A DNA stretch of 64,000 nucleotides from Flavobacteriales bacterium (lineage in GTDB: Bacteria > Bacteroidota > Bacteroidia > Flavobacteriales_D > CAJJDF01), in the NCBI GenBank assembly GCA_020630395.1, contig JAHDBM010000011.1, positions 2,758 to 66,757 on the forward strand, read 5' to 3'. The position numbers and the translations under genes were made by a program. Each line of letters starts with the position of its first letter. Position 1 is the stretch's first letter. Of this stretch, positions 9,596 to 20,474 are shown piece after piece. The notes under the pieces are model-generated. The model worked only from the letters and a program-made list of their open reading frames with translations, did not search any database and was not told the origin of the DNA.

Positions 9596-10117
9596 ATGAA
9601 TATTGATAAAAAAATAGCTCAAATGGAAGAAATGAAAAACAATATGATTTCTTCTATAAAAGACTACTCATACCAACAACTTAATCAACAACCAAATGAA
9701 AAAGAATGGTCAATAGTTCAAGTTATTTCTCATCTTTTAGATGCCGAAATTGGCATTGAATATTATATTGATAAGCGTGTAGCAAAAATAAATACACTAA
9801 AAAAAACTGGTTTAAAAAATCTTGCTAATAGTAAACTCCTAAACACTGTCTTTAAATCTAAGCGAAAATTTAAAGCTCCAAAAGCTGTTTCTAATCCAGC
9901 TAACAATAGATCTTTTGAAGAATTATCTAGCGAATGGGATAACAGCAGAATTAAACTTATACAAACATTAAAATCAATTCCTCAAAAGCATTATAATAAA
10001 GCTATTTGGAAACATCCTTATGCTGGAGAATTAAATACAGCTCAAGTTATTGATTTTTTCACTAACCATATTCTACATCATCAACATCAAATAAAAAGGA
10101 TAAAAAAGTCTTTATAA
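9596..10117 (+). CDS. DinB/YfiT (S-transferase-like) family protein
   Basis: WSIVQVISHL, HPYAGEL, HILHHQHQI metal-binding histidines. Confidence 0.85.
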   Translation: MNIDKKIAQMEEMKNNMISSIKDYSYQQLNQQPNEKEWSIVQVISHLLDAEIGIEYYIDKRVAKINTLKKTGLKNLANSKLLNTVFKSKRKFKAPKAVSNPANNRSFEELSSEWDNSRIKLIQTLKSIPQKHYNKAIWKHPYAGELNTAQVIDFFTNHILHHQHQIKRIKKSL

Positions 10118-10118
10118 T

Positions 10119-10742
10119 TTATCTTCTTCTAAAACTGTATATATCATAAGCAATTCTAACGTTTGGAAAAAAATAAGATAATTTATCTCCACTTATCGTT
10201 TTCACTCTATCAATCCTTGCAAATATTCCAAAAGATATAGTTCCACCATTACAAACGTAATCAACACCAAAAGCATAGGATTGAGATGATTTTAAAACAT
10301 TTCTTTCTAAAACCTGCGAAGTACTTAAAAACCTTGGCATCCTAAAATGATGATTAAATAAAAAACTACACCTCCATAACTCAATAATTCTTTTTTTAAT
10401 TTGAACTGAATAACCTATTCCATGAAAAAAAGTTGAATCATTTTTATCTAAACTCCCTAAAAAGAGTTGAAAAGAAGGATTTAAACTTATAAAAGATGAC
10501 GAATATTTATCAGTCTCAAAAAAATATGTAGGTCCAAAACCACCTCCTTCATACCCTATCCACCAATTAGATCTACTATGGAACAACAAAGGTGAGCTAA
10601 CATTATGCAATCCCCAACCATGAGTTTTAGTAGAATCAAAAACAGGAATATCTTCTGGAGCTTCTTTTACAACCTTAATACTGCCTCTTTGAGAAAAAGA
10701 AGTAAACGATAGTAAACAAATTGATAATAATAGTAATCTCAT
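10119..10742 (-). CDS. Hypothetical exported, possibly outer-membrane protein
   Basis: Signal peptide MRLLLLSICLLSFTSFSQ (start moved to 10742); aromatic-rich alternating beta-strand pattern. Confidence 0.6.
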   Translation of the reverse strand: MRLLLLSICLLSFTSFSQRGSIKVVKEAPEDIPVFDSTKTHGWGLHNVSSPLLFHSRSNWWIGYEGGGFGPTYFFETDKYSSSFISLNPSFQLFLGSLDKNDSTFFHGIGYSVQIKKRIIELWRCSFLFNHHFRMPRFLSTSQVLERNVLKSSQSYAFGVDYVCNGGTISFGIFARIDRVKTISGDKLSYFFPNVRIAYDIYSFRRR

Positions 10743-10743
10743 A

Positions 10744-11379
10744 TTAAAATCTTCTAATTGCCGGTTTACACAATATTCTATTGCTCCAATCAAATGGTAT
10801 ATACAACACCTTAAATTGAATAAACCTTATTGGATCAATTTGAATATTATTATCCATAATCCCTCCATGAAATTCCAAATCGATTGATTTAACTAATTTA
10901 TAAGCTAATCCCAAACTAAATTGTTTAGCATCATATACTCCATTTAAACCAAATTGCTGATTAATTTCTAAAACTGGTTTCAGTCTTCTCAAAAAGATTA
11001 GTTTATCGTGAGAAATATGAATATTATATCCTAAGGTTAATTCAGTAATATTATCGGGGGCAACATATCGAGCCATATTAGCCCCAATCCTGTACATAAA
11101 TTGATTTAAATATCCTGCTACACCAACATCTAATGAGGTATTATTATCAATACTAAACTCCGAATTAAGTTGATGCTTCAAATTTACACCCACATACAAT
11201 GAAACACGTTTACATTTACTATTTCCCTGAAAGTATCTACATTGAAATCGAATAGGATCTCGGTATATAGTTTGATTAACCTCAGCTTTTGGCTCTTTTT
11301 TTACTTTGATAGTACCTTTTTGTCCTACGACAGAAAATGAACATACTAAGGTTATGTAAATTAATAAACAATATTTCAT
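10744..11379 (-). CDS. Hypothetical exported, possibly outer-membrane protein
   Basis: Signal peptide ending VVGQ; strands such as LTLGYN, FSLGLAYK. Confidence 0.6.
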   Translation of the reverse strand: MKYCLLIYITLVCSFSVVGQKGTIKVKKEPKAEVNQTIYRDPIRFQCRYFQGNSKCKRVSLYVGVNLKHQLNSEFSIDNNTSLDVGVAGYLNQFMYRIGANMARYVAPDNITELTLGYNIHISHDKLIFLRRLKPVLEINQQFGLNGVYDAKQFSLGLAYKLVKSIDLEFHGGIMDNNIQIDPIRFIQFKVLYIPFDWSNRILCKPAIRRF

Positions 11380-11432
11380 GATATCACTTTAAACCCTATA
11401 ACGGGTAAAATCAATTTGGTTACATATTAACA

Positions 11433-12194
11433 TTACCCTCTTGTAAAAGTCCAATCTAAATCAGATGACAAATCATTGTTAAACACATAACCTTCGTAAT
11501 CAAACCCTCTTAAATCCTCTACTGCATTAATCTTATTTTTAACGATATAGTTGGTCATATAGCCTCTTGCTGTCTTAGCATAAGTCATAATCGTTTTGTA
11601 CACACCATTTTTATTGTCTTTAAAGTTTAGTGTTAGCACATCACTATTTAAAGATTTAATATCAATACTTTTAAAATACTCATTAGAAGCTAAATTGATT
11701 AACACATCTCCTTTTAGCTCATCATTTAAATACTGAGTTGTTGTTTCTTTCCAAAAGGCATAAAGGTTTTTCTGTTTTGCGGATACTGGCAACTTTGTGC
11801 CCATTTCTAATCTATAGGGTTGAATTAAATCTAGTGGTTTTAAAACTCCATACAACCCAGATAAAATCCTTACATGTTCTTGAGCAAAATCAAAATCTTT
11901 TTTATCAAAACCATCTGCTTTTATACCCTGATAAACAGCTCCAGTAAACGCTAATATTGCTTGTTTCGCATTATCATTATTAAATTCTTTTGAAAACTCT
12001 TGATACCGCTCGTAATTTAAATCACTTAAAGCCGGACTTAGCTTCATCAGCTCTCCAAGCTTTTTAGCACTTAACTTTTTAAGTTTATTTACTAATTGTT
12101 CTGTTTTATTGGGGAACGCTATTTGTGAGTGCTTATCAACAAGAGTTTGGTCATCAAAATTCAAAGATTTTGCAGGAGATAATACCGTTATCAT
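11433..12194 (-). CDS. yaaA: Peroxide stress protein YaaA
   Basis: LSPAKSL, LSGLYGVLKPLDLIQPYRLEMG, NLASNEY, AKTARG. Confidence 0.95.
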   Translation of the reverse strand: MITVLSPAKSLNFDDQTLVDKHSQIAFPNKTEQLVNKLKKLSAKKLGELMKLSPALSDLNYERYQEFSKEFNNDNAKQAILAFTGAVYQGIKADGFDKKDFDFAQEHVRILSGLYGVLKPLDLIQPYRLEMGTKLPVSAKQKNLYAFWKETTTQYLNDELKGDVLINLASNEYFKSIDIKSLNSDVLTLNFKDNKNGVYKTIMTYAKTARGYMTNYIVKNKINAVEDLRGFDYEGYVFNNDLSSDLDWTFTRG

Positions 12195-12197
12195 TTT

Positions 12198-13136
12198 TTA
12201 TATTTTATTTAAAAAGTTTTTTATTTCATTTTCCATTTGAGTCATTCCCGGTTCTTCTAGAGGTACATGACCACAATTCTCTAAAATTACTAATTCCTTA
12301 TCACATTTTAATCGATCAAAAAATGGTTTACTAACATCTAAATCAACCAACCTATCTTTCTCAGGATGTAACCAAAGTAAAGGACATTTATCAAAATGAT
12401 CTGGTTCAATAGCAGCTCTAGTAGTTTGTAGCGTTCGTAACCATTTTAAATAAATCCAACTACTTGAACCAACCTTGTCTTTAGATAACAAATACACAAA
12501 ATCCTCATTATTTGCCATCTTTTTAATTTTCGTAAGCTCTCTAATTGGTAACCTAACATTATCTAATAGCCCCGCAAAATTATGCATGAATTGACTTCCT
12601 TTGGTAGCCATGAAATCATTTCTCGTAATCACTTTTTGAATTTCTTTATCGGTTGTATCTATTAAAGCTGTAACAATAATACCTTTAACATGAGAAGATA
12701 AACAGGCTACTTGATAAGACAACATACCTCCTAAGCTAGCTCCTAATAAAACTATTTTTTTATTATCTCTTTTATATTCCTTATCAATAAAATCAACTAA
12801 TAAATTAATCCATTCTTGATATTCAACTGGATGTTTATACTCGGTTAATCCAAAACCTGGCAAATCAAGAGAAACTGACTCATACCCCTCACCCTTCAAC
12901 ACTACACCAAAAGGAGACATCAATCGTCCATTTCCTCCTCCTCCATGAACTAAAACAACCTTCGTTTTTCTTTCATTTAAATCAGGTATATAACGATCTA
13001 TATGTACCATCATATTTTTTCGTTCCCAATGCTCTTCTTTTGGCTTATTAGAATCTGTAATTCGAAAACGTTCCGGAAAAAAATATTGGAACTTTTTCCA
13101 TGAATCATAATGAGTATAAAACTTTTTCTTCAGCAC
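12198..13136 (-). CDS. Alpha/beta hydrolase (lysophospholipase-like)
   Basis: VHGGGG, DLPGFG, GASLGG nucleophile elbow, C-terminal D and GH; GTG start. Confidence 0.88.
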   Translation of the reverse strand: MLKKKFYTHYDSWKKFQYFFPERFRITDSNKPKEEHWERKNMMVHIDRYIPDLNERKTKVVLVHGGGGNGRLMSPFGVVLKGEGYESVSLDLPGFGLTEYKHPVEYQEWINLLVDFIDKEYKRDNKKIVLLGASLGGMLSYQVACLSSHVKGIIVTALIDTTDKEIQKVITRNDFMATKGSQFMHNFAGLLDNVRLPIRELTKIKKMANNEDFVYLLSKDKVGSSSWIYLKWLRTLQTTRAAIEPDHFDKCPLLWLHPEKDRLVDLDVSKPFFDRLKCDKELVILENCGHVPLEEPGMTQMENEIKNFLNKI

Positions 13137-13139
13137 AAC

Positions 13140-15326
13140 TTAACGTTTTAACACCCTAACATAATTAATTCCATTCTCAGTAGTAAGTCTTAGAATATAC
13201 ATTCCTTTAGAAAAACTTGATAAATCTATTTCAAAATTAGAATTAAAAGGAACAAACCTACTTTTACCATTAACACTAATTACTTCTGCACTTACTTTTC
13301 TATCCGTAATACCCTCAATTGTAACAATATCATTAACTGGGTTAGGGTAAGCTTTTAGTGAATTAACCTCATGTTCTTTCTTAACACTAAATAACGGATC
13401 ATTTATAAAACTAGATACTCCTCCTCTTCCATTTCCCGAAAAAACAAAAAAGTTACTTCCTTGATTTAGTACAGAAGGAACAGCTTGGAGTCCGTTATTT
13501 GATAAAACTGTATCAATAAAGTGATAAACAGCACTAAATATACTATCGTAAAGGTATACATCCCCTCTCTGCGATCCAATCAGCATTTTTTCTTGCCCAT
13601 TATGAGTAAAAATAACTGGTGTAGAATATCCTGTAACAGCTCCATTAATATCCCAAGGCTCACAAACATTAACATTTCCTAATGAATCACTAATAAATTT
13701 AAAAGAAGCATTAATAGATGAGCCAATATTTTCATAATAGGTTAACCTTCCATTCTTTTTACCTATAATTAAATCTTGATCTCCATCATTATCCATATCA
13801 TGACATAGAGGTGCAGCAAATTCACCAACATCAATAATTTGATTGTTATTATCTTTTAATTGACTTGATGTCAATGTAAAGCTAGCTATTAAACCAATAG
13901 GGTTATTCATACAATATGCTAATGTTCCATCTGCTTTACCAATTAACATATCACTATCTCCATCCCCATCTAAATCTTTAAAAACTGGATGAAGGGCTAA
14001 ACCTAAATTTAAAGCACTTAATCCCTGATAATTATCTGTAGCTTCTTTAAAAACTGCTTTCGTAGTAGTACCAATATTTTCATATAATGCTAGTTTAGAA
14101 CTATAGGCAACATCTTCTTTATCAAAATAACCATAGTTACCAATAACTAAATCCATTAAACCATCTCCATTATGATCAAAAAAAGTTGGTTTAGCATCTT
14201 CTCCAACATCAATCATCTCGCTTTGTAAAAAACGAGTAGTATGCGGGATAAAATTAGTTTGGGAAGTTGAACTAGTATCTATGTAAAGAACTGAATTATC
14301 AATATTATCAACTAAAGTAGTTGTATTAGGTGATGCCAATAAATCTTTTTTACCATCATTCGTTACATCTTCATAAAAAACACCCGGAAAATAGGCTACA
14401 TCTATTGGAGCACTGTATGAAGGAAACAAAGAATCTTGTGTAATAATAGAACTATTAGTATTAGAGGCTAAACCTCCATTATACCCCATAACTAGGTTGT
14501 TAAATGATACATCTCCTAGTAAAACATCAAAAACGGAGTCCCCATTTGCATCAAAAGATAAAACTGTTGATCCAATATGTGGTGTTTCTGGAGATGCTAC
14601 GTTAATTGAGCAAGTATCAAAAAGCATTAATGCATTGGTACTAATACCGGTTTCTGAAAAATGCCCCCAACATTCGTTCTTTAATTCATAAACAAGACTA
14701 TCACAAACACCATAAGTCTCCATGCTCATATTCTTGTAATAATTTAAATAGGCTCCAGAAAGTCCAAAAGTTAAAACATCTAAATCTCCATCATAATCAA
14801 TATCAGTTATTGCTGGTATATCTTGTCCATTAACGAAAATAGGATTAGTAGCCACATAAGTATATTGAATGTGAACATCAATTAATGTAAAATTAATAGC
14901 TGCACCAACTGAATTGTTTTGATACAACATAATTCCTCCTCCTCCTCCCATAAATAAATCATTTAATCCATCACAGTTATAATCATTAAATAACACCCAA
15001 GTACTTCCTTTTGGGAGCTCAAATTGCTTTTCATATTCATATTGATATGTTTCTCTAGAATTACCTCCTTGATTGGTATACACTGAATAAATTGATCCTT
15101 TACGATCAAAAATCACTAAATCTTTTAGCGTATCCCCTGTAAGTTCTACTACAGAGTATTGACAAGCTAACATACCACCTGCATAAGGATTTACTAACGT
15201 ATCTCCTGTTTGATTTAACACCAATATAGAAGCATCATAATTCAAATGATGTTGACCAAATGTTATGGTACAAATGCCCCTAATTATTGCTACATAAAAT
15301 ATTATTTTAAAAATTTGTAACTTCAT
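13140..15326 (-). CDS. FG-GAP/VCBS repeat protein with T9SS type A CTD
   Basis: Repeated DxDxDGDxD motifs; C-terminal YPNP...LSSFSKGMYIL. Confidence 0.88.
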   Translation of the reverse strand: MKLQIFKIIFYVAIIRGICTITFGQHHLNYDASILVLNQTGDTLVNPYAGGMLACQYSVVELTGDTLKDLVIFDRKGSIYSVYTNQGGNSRETYQYEYEKQFELPKGSTWVLFNDYNCDGLNDLFMGGGGGIMLYQNNSVGAAINFTLIDVHIQYTYVATNPIFVNGQDIPAITDIDYDGDLDVLTFGLSGAYLNYYKNMSMETYGVCDSLVYELKNECWGHFSETGISTNALMLFDTCSINVASPETPHIGSTVLSFDANGDSVFDVLLGDVSFNNLVMGYNGGLASNTNSSIITQDSLFPSYSAPIDVAYFPGVFYEDVTNDGKKDLLASPNTTTLVDNIDNSVLYIDTSSTSQTNFIPHTTRFLQSEMIDVGEDAKPTFFDHNGDGLMDLVIGNYGYFDKEDVAYSSKLALYENIGTTTKAVFKEATDNYQGLSALNLGLALHPVFKDLDGDGDSDMLIGKADGTLAYCMNNPIGLIASFTLTSSQLKDNNNQIIDVGEFAAPLCHDMDNDGDQDLIIGKKNGRLTYYENIGSSINASFKFISDSLGNVNVCEPWDINGAVTGYSTPVIFTHNGQEKMLIGSQRGDVYLYDSIFSAVYHFIDTVLSNNGLQAVPSVLNQGSNFFVFSGNGRGGVSSFINDPLFSVKKEHEVNSLKAYPNPVNDIVTIEGITDRKVSAEVISVNGKSRFVPFNSNFEIDLSSFSKGMYILRLTTENGINYVRVLKR

Positions 15327-15355
15327 GTATATAAATATATTCTAAAAAATTTAAA

Positions 15356-17662
15356 ATGAAATCATTACTACTTGTCTCTCTTTTCATTTCACAAATATGT
15401 AGCGGTCAATATTATTACAATTTACAATCTAATAATGGAAACCCAAAAGGATTAAATAATGATAATGAAACCAGTTCAGCATCTTTAGTGGGTTGGACCT
15501 CAGTATTGGGAGCTAATAATTCATCTCCAACATGGTCTTCTAACCAATCTATCCCCTTCTCTTTTTCATTTAATGGGAGTCCTGTTGCTCAATACAAAGT
15601 ATCTTCTGCAGGTATTTTAACATTTGATATTGGATCGGCAATAAATCCAACATACTCTAATCATACACTACCTTCTTCGGTTATACCTAATAACTCAATA
15701 TGTATATCAGGAATTCAAGGATCTGGTTCTAATGATGCTATCGTATCAAAAACTTTTGGAACCGCACCTAATAGACAACATTGGGTCTTCTTTTCATCAT
15801 ATTCATTAACTGGATCTTCTAATTCATGGTCATATTGGTCAATTGTATTAGAAGAAAGCTCCAATATGATCTATATTGTAGATCAAAGACAATATCAAAC
15901 TACTGGTAATGTATCACTTGGCATACAAATTAACAATACTACAGCATATACTGTTCTAGGATCTCCTAATGTTTCTCCATTAGCCACTAATGATCCAGCT
16001 CCTTTAGATAATGCTTATTATGAGTTTATACCAGGAACTAGACCTAACTATGATGTTAAAACAAAATCTGTAAATGCTCCTACTGTTAGTTTTACAAATA
16101 ATGGAGTTACGATTGGTGCTGATATTATCAATTTTGGACAAACTACATTAACTAGTATGGATATTAATTATAATATTAATAATGGAAGTGTTGTAAATAG
16201 TAATGTTACTAGTCTAAATTTACCATACGGAAGTAGTTATACTTGGACTCATCCTACTCAATGGACTCCATCTTCACCTGGCGTGTATACCATAAGAGCT
16301 TGGAGCTCCAATATTAATGGTAATCCCGATCAAAACAACTTAAACGACACAGCTTATTTTACTATTTACATTAAAGACACGATTCCAAATAGAATAACTG
16401 ATTATGTTAACTCATTACCATCTAGTGTAATTAATAAACCTATAGCAACCAGCTCTGATCAAATAAGCATACCAAATGATTTAGATTTTCATCCATTTAG
16501 AGATGAATTATGGGTAGTTAATAAAGGAACTGAATCAACAGGGAGTCCAATTATTACGATTTACAATCCTGATAAAGCCTCACAAAATAGCTTATATAGA
16601 AAAGATGGTAATGCAAAACATTTCATGAATTCTACGACAGGTATAGCCTTTGGGGAAAATGGAAATTGGGGTAACTCTCCTGGTGTTTTTGATGCTAACT
16701 TTGGAACAGGAACTCCATTTACTGGACCTTCTCTATGGTCAAGTGATTCATTAGTTTTCGCACAACCAAGTGGTGGTAATGGAAGCCATTTAGATATGTT
16801 ACACGCTAGTTCGAGAGCAATGGGGATTGCCCATGAAAAAGATAATGTATACTGGATATTTGATTCTTACCAAAATGATATCGTAAGATATGATTTTGTT
16901 CAAGATCATGGTCCAGGAAATTCTTATCATGATGATGGTATTATTAGACGATATCCTGAACTTATTGTTGATCGAATTAATCTTAATATACCTTCACATT
17001 TAGTGCTTAACAAAAAAACTAACTGGCTTTACATTGTAGATGGCGGAAATAATAGAGTCTTAAAATTTGATATTACATCTGGAACAAATACTGGAGCTCC
17101 TACTTATGGACCATTTGAAACATTAGCGGAGTATTCCAAATACACTGGAACTACATGGTCAGACATAGTTACAACAGGATTAAATCAACCATCTGGTATT
17201 GATGTAATTGGAAACAACATGATTGTATCTGATTACGGTACGGGCGATATTATATTTTACGATATTTCCGGAGCTACTGCTATAGAAATAGGCAGATATT
17301 ATACCGGAAACACAGGAGTTACTGGAGTTGTTATTGGCCCAGATGGCTATATATGGTATACCAACCAACTAACAAATGAAGTAAACAAAATTGAACCTTC
17401 TTCATTTGCAAGTGTTAGTGAAAAAGAAACTATTAATCCTTTTGTTGTGTATCCTAACCCATCTAATGATGGAATATTTAATGTATCTAACGTACAAGAT
17501 TACTCATTTGAATTATTCAATGCAATTGGTCAGAATATTCCATTTACATTAAATAACAACACCTTAGACTTATCTCAATCAAACAAGGGTGTTTACATCT
17601 TAAAAGGTGTTAGCAATGCAAATGAGCAGTTATCATATTCTAAAAAAATTATCATTAAATAA
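15356..17662 (+). CDS. T9SS type A secreted protein: N-terminal beta domain, CARDB-like Ig domain, beta-propeller
   Basis: Signal peptide; NFGQTTL...GVYTIRAW...NNLND Ig module; propeller repeats; VYPNPS...KGVYIL. Confidence 0.8.
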   Translation: MKSLLLVSLFISQICSGQYYYNLQSNNGNPKGLNNDNETSSASLVGWTSVLGANNSSPTWSSNQSIPFSFSFNGSPVAQYKVSSAGILTFDIGSAINPTYSNHTLPSSVIPNNSICISGIQGSGSNDAIVSKTFGTAPNRQHWVFFSSYSLTGSSNSWSYWSIVLEESSNMIYIVDQRQYQTTGNVSLGIQINNTTAYTVLGSPNVSPLATNDPAPLDNAYYEFIPGTRPNYDVKTKSVNAPTVSFTNNGVTIGADIINFGQTTLTSMDINYNINNGSVVNSNVTSLNLPYGSSYTWTHPTQWTPSSPGVYTIRAWSSNINGNPDQNNLNDTAYFTIYIKDTIPNRITDYVNSLPSSVINKPIATSSDQISIPNDLDFHPFRDELWVVNKGTESTGSPIITIYNPDKASQNSLYRKDGNAKHFMNSTTGIAFGENGNWGNSPGVFDANFGTGTPFTGPSLWSSDSLVFAQPSGGNGSHLDMLHASSRAMGIAHEKDNVYWIFDSYQNDIVRYDFVQDHGPGNSYHDDGIIRRYPELIVDRINLNIPSHLVLNKKTNWLYIVDGGNNRVLKFDITSGTNTGAPTYGPFETLAEYSKYTGTTWSDIVTTGLNQPSGIDVIGNNMIVSDYGTGDIIFYDISGATAIEIGRYYTGNTGVTGVVIGPDGYIWYTNQLTNEVNKIEPSSFASVSEKETINPFVVYPNPSNDGIFNVSNVQDYSFELFNAIGQNIPFTLNNNTLDLSQSNKGVYILKGVSNANEQLSYSKKIIIK

Positions 17663-17755
17663 ATCAGTTAGCTAAAGTATTTACACTCGTTTTTGCTATT
17701 AATCCATTGTCCTTTGTAAGTGGTTTCTTACTTTTACTTAGAACAAAAATTAAAC

Positions 17756-19696
17756 ATGATTAAAATTACATTACCAGATGGCTCCATTCGTGAGGTAGCT
17801 GCTGGAACAACTGCTTTAGACATAGCAACTTCTATTAGTGAAGGATTAGCACGAAATGTACTTTCTGCTAATATTAATGGTGAAATTTGGGATGCTACTC
17901 GTCCAATAACTACTGATTCTAGCTTAAGTTTATTAACCTGGAATGATAAAGATGGTAAAAATACCATGTGGCATTCATCTGCACATCTTATGGCAGAAGC
18001 ACTTGAAGCTCTTTACCCTGGAATTAAATTAGCGATTGGCCCACCTATTGAAAATGGATTTTATTATGATGTAGATTTTGGCGAACATGCATTTGGTGAT
18101 GGAGATTTTAAGAAAGTTGAGGATAAAATGTTAGAGCTTGCTCGACAAAAAAACAAATTTGAACGAACAGAGATTAGCAAACAAGATGCTGTTTCTTATT
18201 TCAAAGAAAAAAATGATCCATACAAATTAGAACTTCTTGAAGATCTTGAAGATGGAAACATTACGTTTTACACACAAGGTGGTTTTACCGATTTATGCAG
18301 AGGTCCACATATACCTCACACTGGGTTTATAAAAGCTGTTAAAATAATGACAGTTGCTGGTGCATATTGGAGGGGTGACGAAAATAACAAGCAACTTACT
18401 CGTGTTTACGGAATAACATTCCCTAAAAACAAAGAATTAACGGCCTATCTCCACATGTTGGAAGAAGCTAAAAAGAGAGATCATAGAAAATTAGGTAAAG
18501 AACTTGGTCTATTTACCTTTTCTCAAAAAGTTGGTCAAGGTTTACCTCTTTGGCTACCTAAAGGAACTGACCTAAGAGAACGACTAATTGATTTTCTTAA
18601 AAAAGCTCAAGAAAAAACTGGTTATGTACAAGTTGCTACTCCGCATATTGGCCATAAAGATTTATATGTAACATCTGGACATTATGAAAAATATGGCGCA
18701 GATTCTTTTCAGCCTATTAAAACCCCTAACGAAGGAGAAGAGTTTTTATTGAAACCAATGAATTGTCCTCACCATTGTGAAATATTCAATGCTGAACCAA
18801 GATCTTACAAAGATTTACCACTAAGATTTGCTGAATTTGGTACCGTATATCGTTACGAACAAAGTGGAGAGCTTCATGGGTTAACACGTGTTAGAGGGTT
18901 TACTCAAGATGACGCACACATATTTTGTACCAAAGATCAAGTTGAGCAAGAATTTAAAAAAGTTATAGACATCATTAAATTTGTGTTTAAAGCACTTGAT
19001 TTTAAAGAGTATACTGCTCAAATATCGCTAAGAGATCAAGAAGACAGGACCAAATATATTGGTAGTGAAGAAAATTGGGAACAAGCTGAGCAAGCCATTA
19101 TTAAAACAACCCAAGAAGCTGAATTAAATACCGTAGTAGAATATGGTGAAGCTGCATTTTATGGACCTAAACTAGACTTTATGGTAAAAGATGCTATTGG
19201 TCGTAGTTGGCAATTGGGAACTATACAAGTAGATTACACCCTACCCGAGCGTTTCGAGTTGGAATATACAGGTAGTGACAATCAAAAACACAGACCCGTA
19301 ATGATTCATAGAGCTCCATTTGGGTCTCTAGAACGATTTGTTGCAGTTCTTATAGAACATTGCGGAGGAAAGTTCCCTTTATGGTTAACTCCACAACAAG
19401 TAGCTATCCTTCCAATAAGCGACAAGTATAATGAATATGCTGAAAACCTTTCAGAATTACTAAAAAATTACGATATTCGCGCCTCAGTGGATGCTCGTAA
19501 CGAGAAGATTGGACGAAAAATTAGAGATACAGAAGTAGAAAAAATTCCGTATATGCTAATCATTGGAGAACAAGAAGCCACTGAAAACAAGGTTTCTGTA
19601 AGAAAACAAGGAGAAGGCGATTTAGGTTCCTTTTCTATTGAAGCATTTGCAGAAATAATAAATAAAGAAGTAGAAGAATTAACCAAGTTTAACTAA
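17756..19696 (+). CDS. thrS: Threonine--tRNA ligase
   Basis: [12 protein letters not shown] domain, HSSAHL, DLCRGPH, KPMNCP, FYGPKLD; start moved to ATG 17756. Confidence 0.98.
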   Translation: MIKITLPDGSIREVAAGTTALDIATSISEGLARNVLSANINGEIWDATRPITTDSSLSLLTWNDKDGKNTMWHSSAHLMAEALEALYPGIKLAIGPPIENGFYYDVDFGEHAFGDGDFKKVEDKMLELARQKNKFERTEISKQDAVSYFKEKNDPYKLELLEDLEDGNITFYTQGGFTDLCRGPHIPHTGFIKAVKIMTVAGAYWRGDENNKQLTRVYGITFPKNKELTAYLHMLEEAKKRDHRKLGKELGLFTFSQKVGQGLPLWLPKGTDLRERLIDFLKKAQEKTGYVQVATPHIGHKDLYVTSGHYEKYGADSFQPIKTPNEGEEFLLKPMNCPHHCEIFNAEPRSYKDLPLRFAEFGTVYRYEQSGELHGLTRVRGFTQDDAHIFCTKDQVEQEFKKVIDIIKFVFKALDFKEYTAQISLRDQEDRTKYIGSEENWEQAEQAIIKTTQEAELNTVVEYGEAAFYGPKLDFMVKDAIGRSWQLGTIQVDYTLPERFELEYTGSDNQKHRPVMIHRAPFGSLERFVAVLIEHCGGKFPLWLTPQQVAILPISDKYNEYAENLSELLKNYDIRASVDARNEKIGRKIRDTEVEKIPYMLIIGEQEATENKVSVRKQGEGDLGSFSIEAFAEIINKEVEELTKFN

Positions 19697-19709
19697 AAAA
19701 CATAGTACC

Positions 19710-20264
19710 ATAGCAATAAGAAGACCAAATAACAGAAGAAGGAGATACGAAAAAAAAGAAGATCCTCATAGAATCAATGAACGAATTACTGCACGTAAAG
19801 TTCGTGTGGTAGGTGAAAATGTAGAAGCACAAGTAACCAACATTGAAAAAGCATTAGAGATTGCCAAAAATCTAGAATTAGATTTAGTAGAGATTTCTCC
19901 TAAAGCTGACCCGCCTGTTTGTAAAATAATGGACTATAAAAAGTTCTTATACGACTCTAAGAAAAAGGAAAAAGCGCTTAAGTCTAAGCAAACTAAAGTG
20001 ACAGTTAAAGAAATACGTTTTGGACCTAATACTGATGAACATGACTTTAATTTTAAATTAAATCATGCTAAAAAATTCTTAACAGAAGGTGCAAAGGTTA
20101 AAGCTTATGTATTTTTTAAAGGACGAACAATTGTATTTAAAGAAAGAGGAGAAGTACTATTGTTAAAGTTCGTTTCGGAACTTGAAGATTTAGGTGTTCC
20201 AGAAGCAATGCCTAAAATGGAAGGGAAGAAAATGATAATAATGATTAATCCAAAGAAGAAATAA
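19710..20264 (+). CDS. infC: Translation initiation factor IF-3 (non-canonical ATA start inferred)
   Basis: [24 protein letters not shown]; frame open upstream of GTG 19806 and encodes HRINERI; no in-frame ATG. Confidence 0.95.
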   Translation: MAIRRPNNRRRRYEKKEDPHRINERITARKVRVVGENVEAQVTNIEKALEIAKNLELDLVEISPKADPPVCKIMDYKKFLYDSKKKEKALKSKQTKVTVKEIRFGPNTDEHDFNFKLNHAKKFLTEGAKVKAYVFFKGRTIVFKERGEVLLLKFVSELEDLGVPEAMPKMEGKKMIIMINPKKK

Positions 20265-20279
20265 CGATAATTTAAAGTT

Positions 20280-20474
20280 ATGCCAAAAGTTAAAACAAAT
20301 GCTAGTGCCAAAAAACGATTTAAAGTTACGGGTAGTGGTAAAATCAAAAGAAAACATGCTTTTAAAAGTCATATTTTGACTAAGAAAAGTAAAAAAAGAA
20401 AGAAAGCGTTAACAAAATCTGCTTTAGTTCACGAAGCTGATGTTAAAAGCATCAAGCAACAATTGTGGATATAG
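20280..20474 (+). CDS. rpmI: 50S ribosomal protein L35
   Basis: MPKVKT...[12 protein letters not shown]...HILTKK. Confidence 0.98.
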   Translation: MPKVKTNASAKKRFKVTGSGKIKRKHAFKSHILTKKSKKRKKALTKSALVHEADVKSIKQQLWI

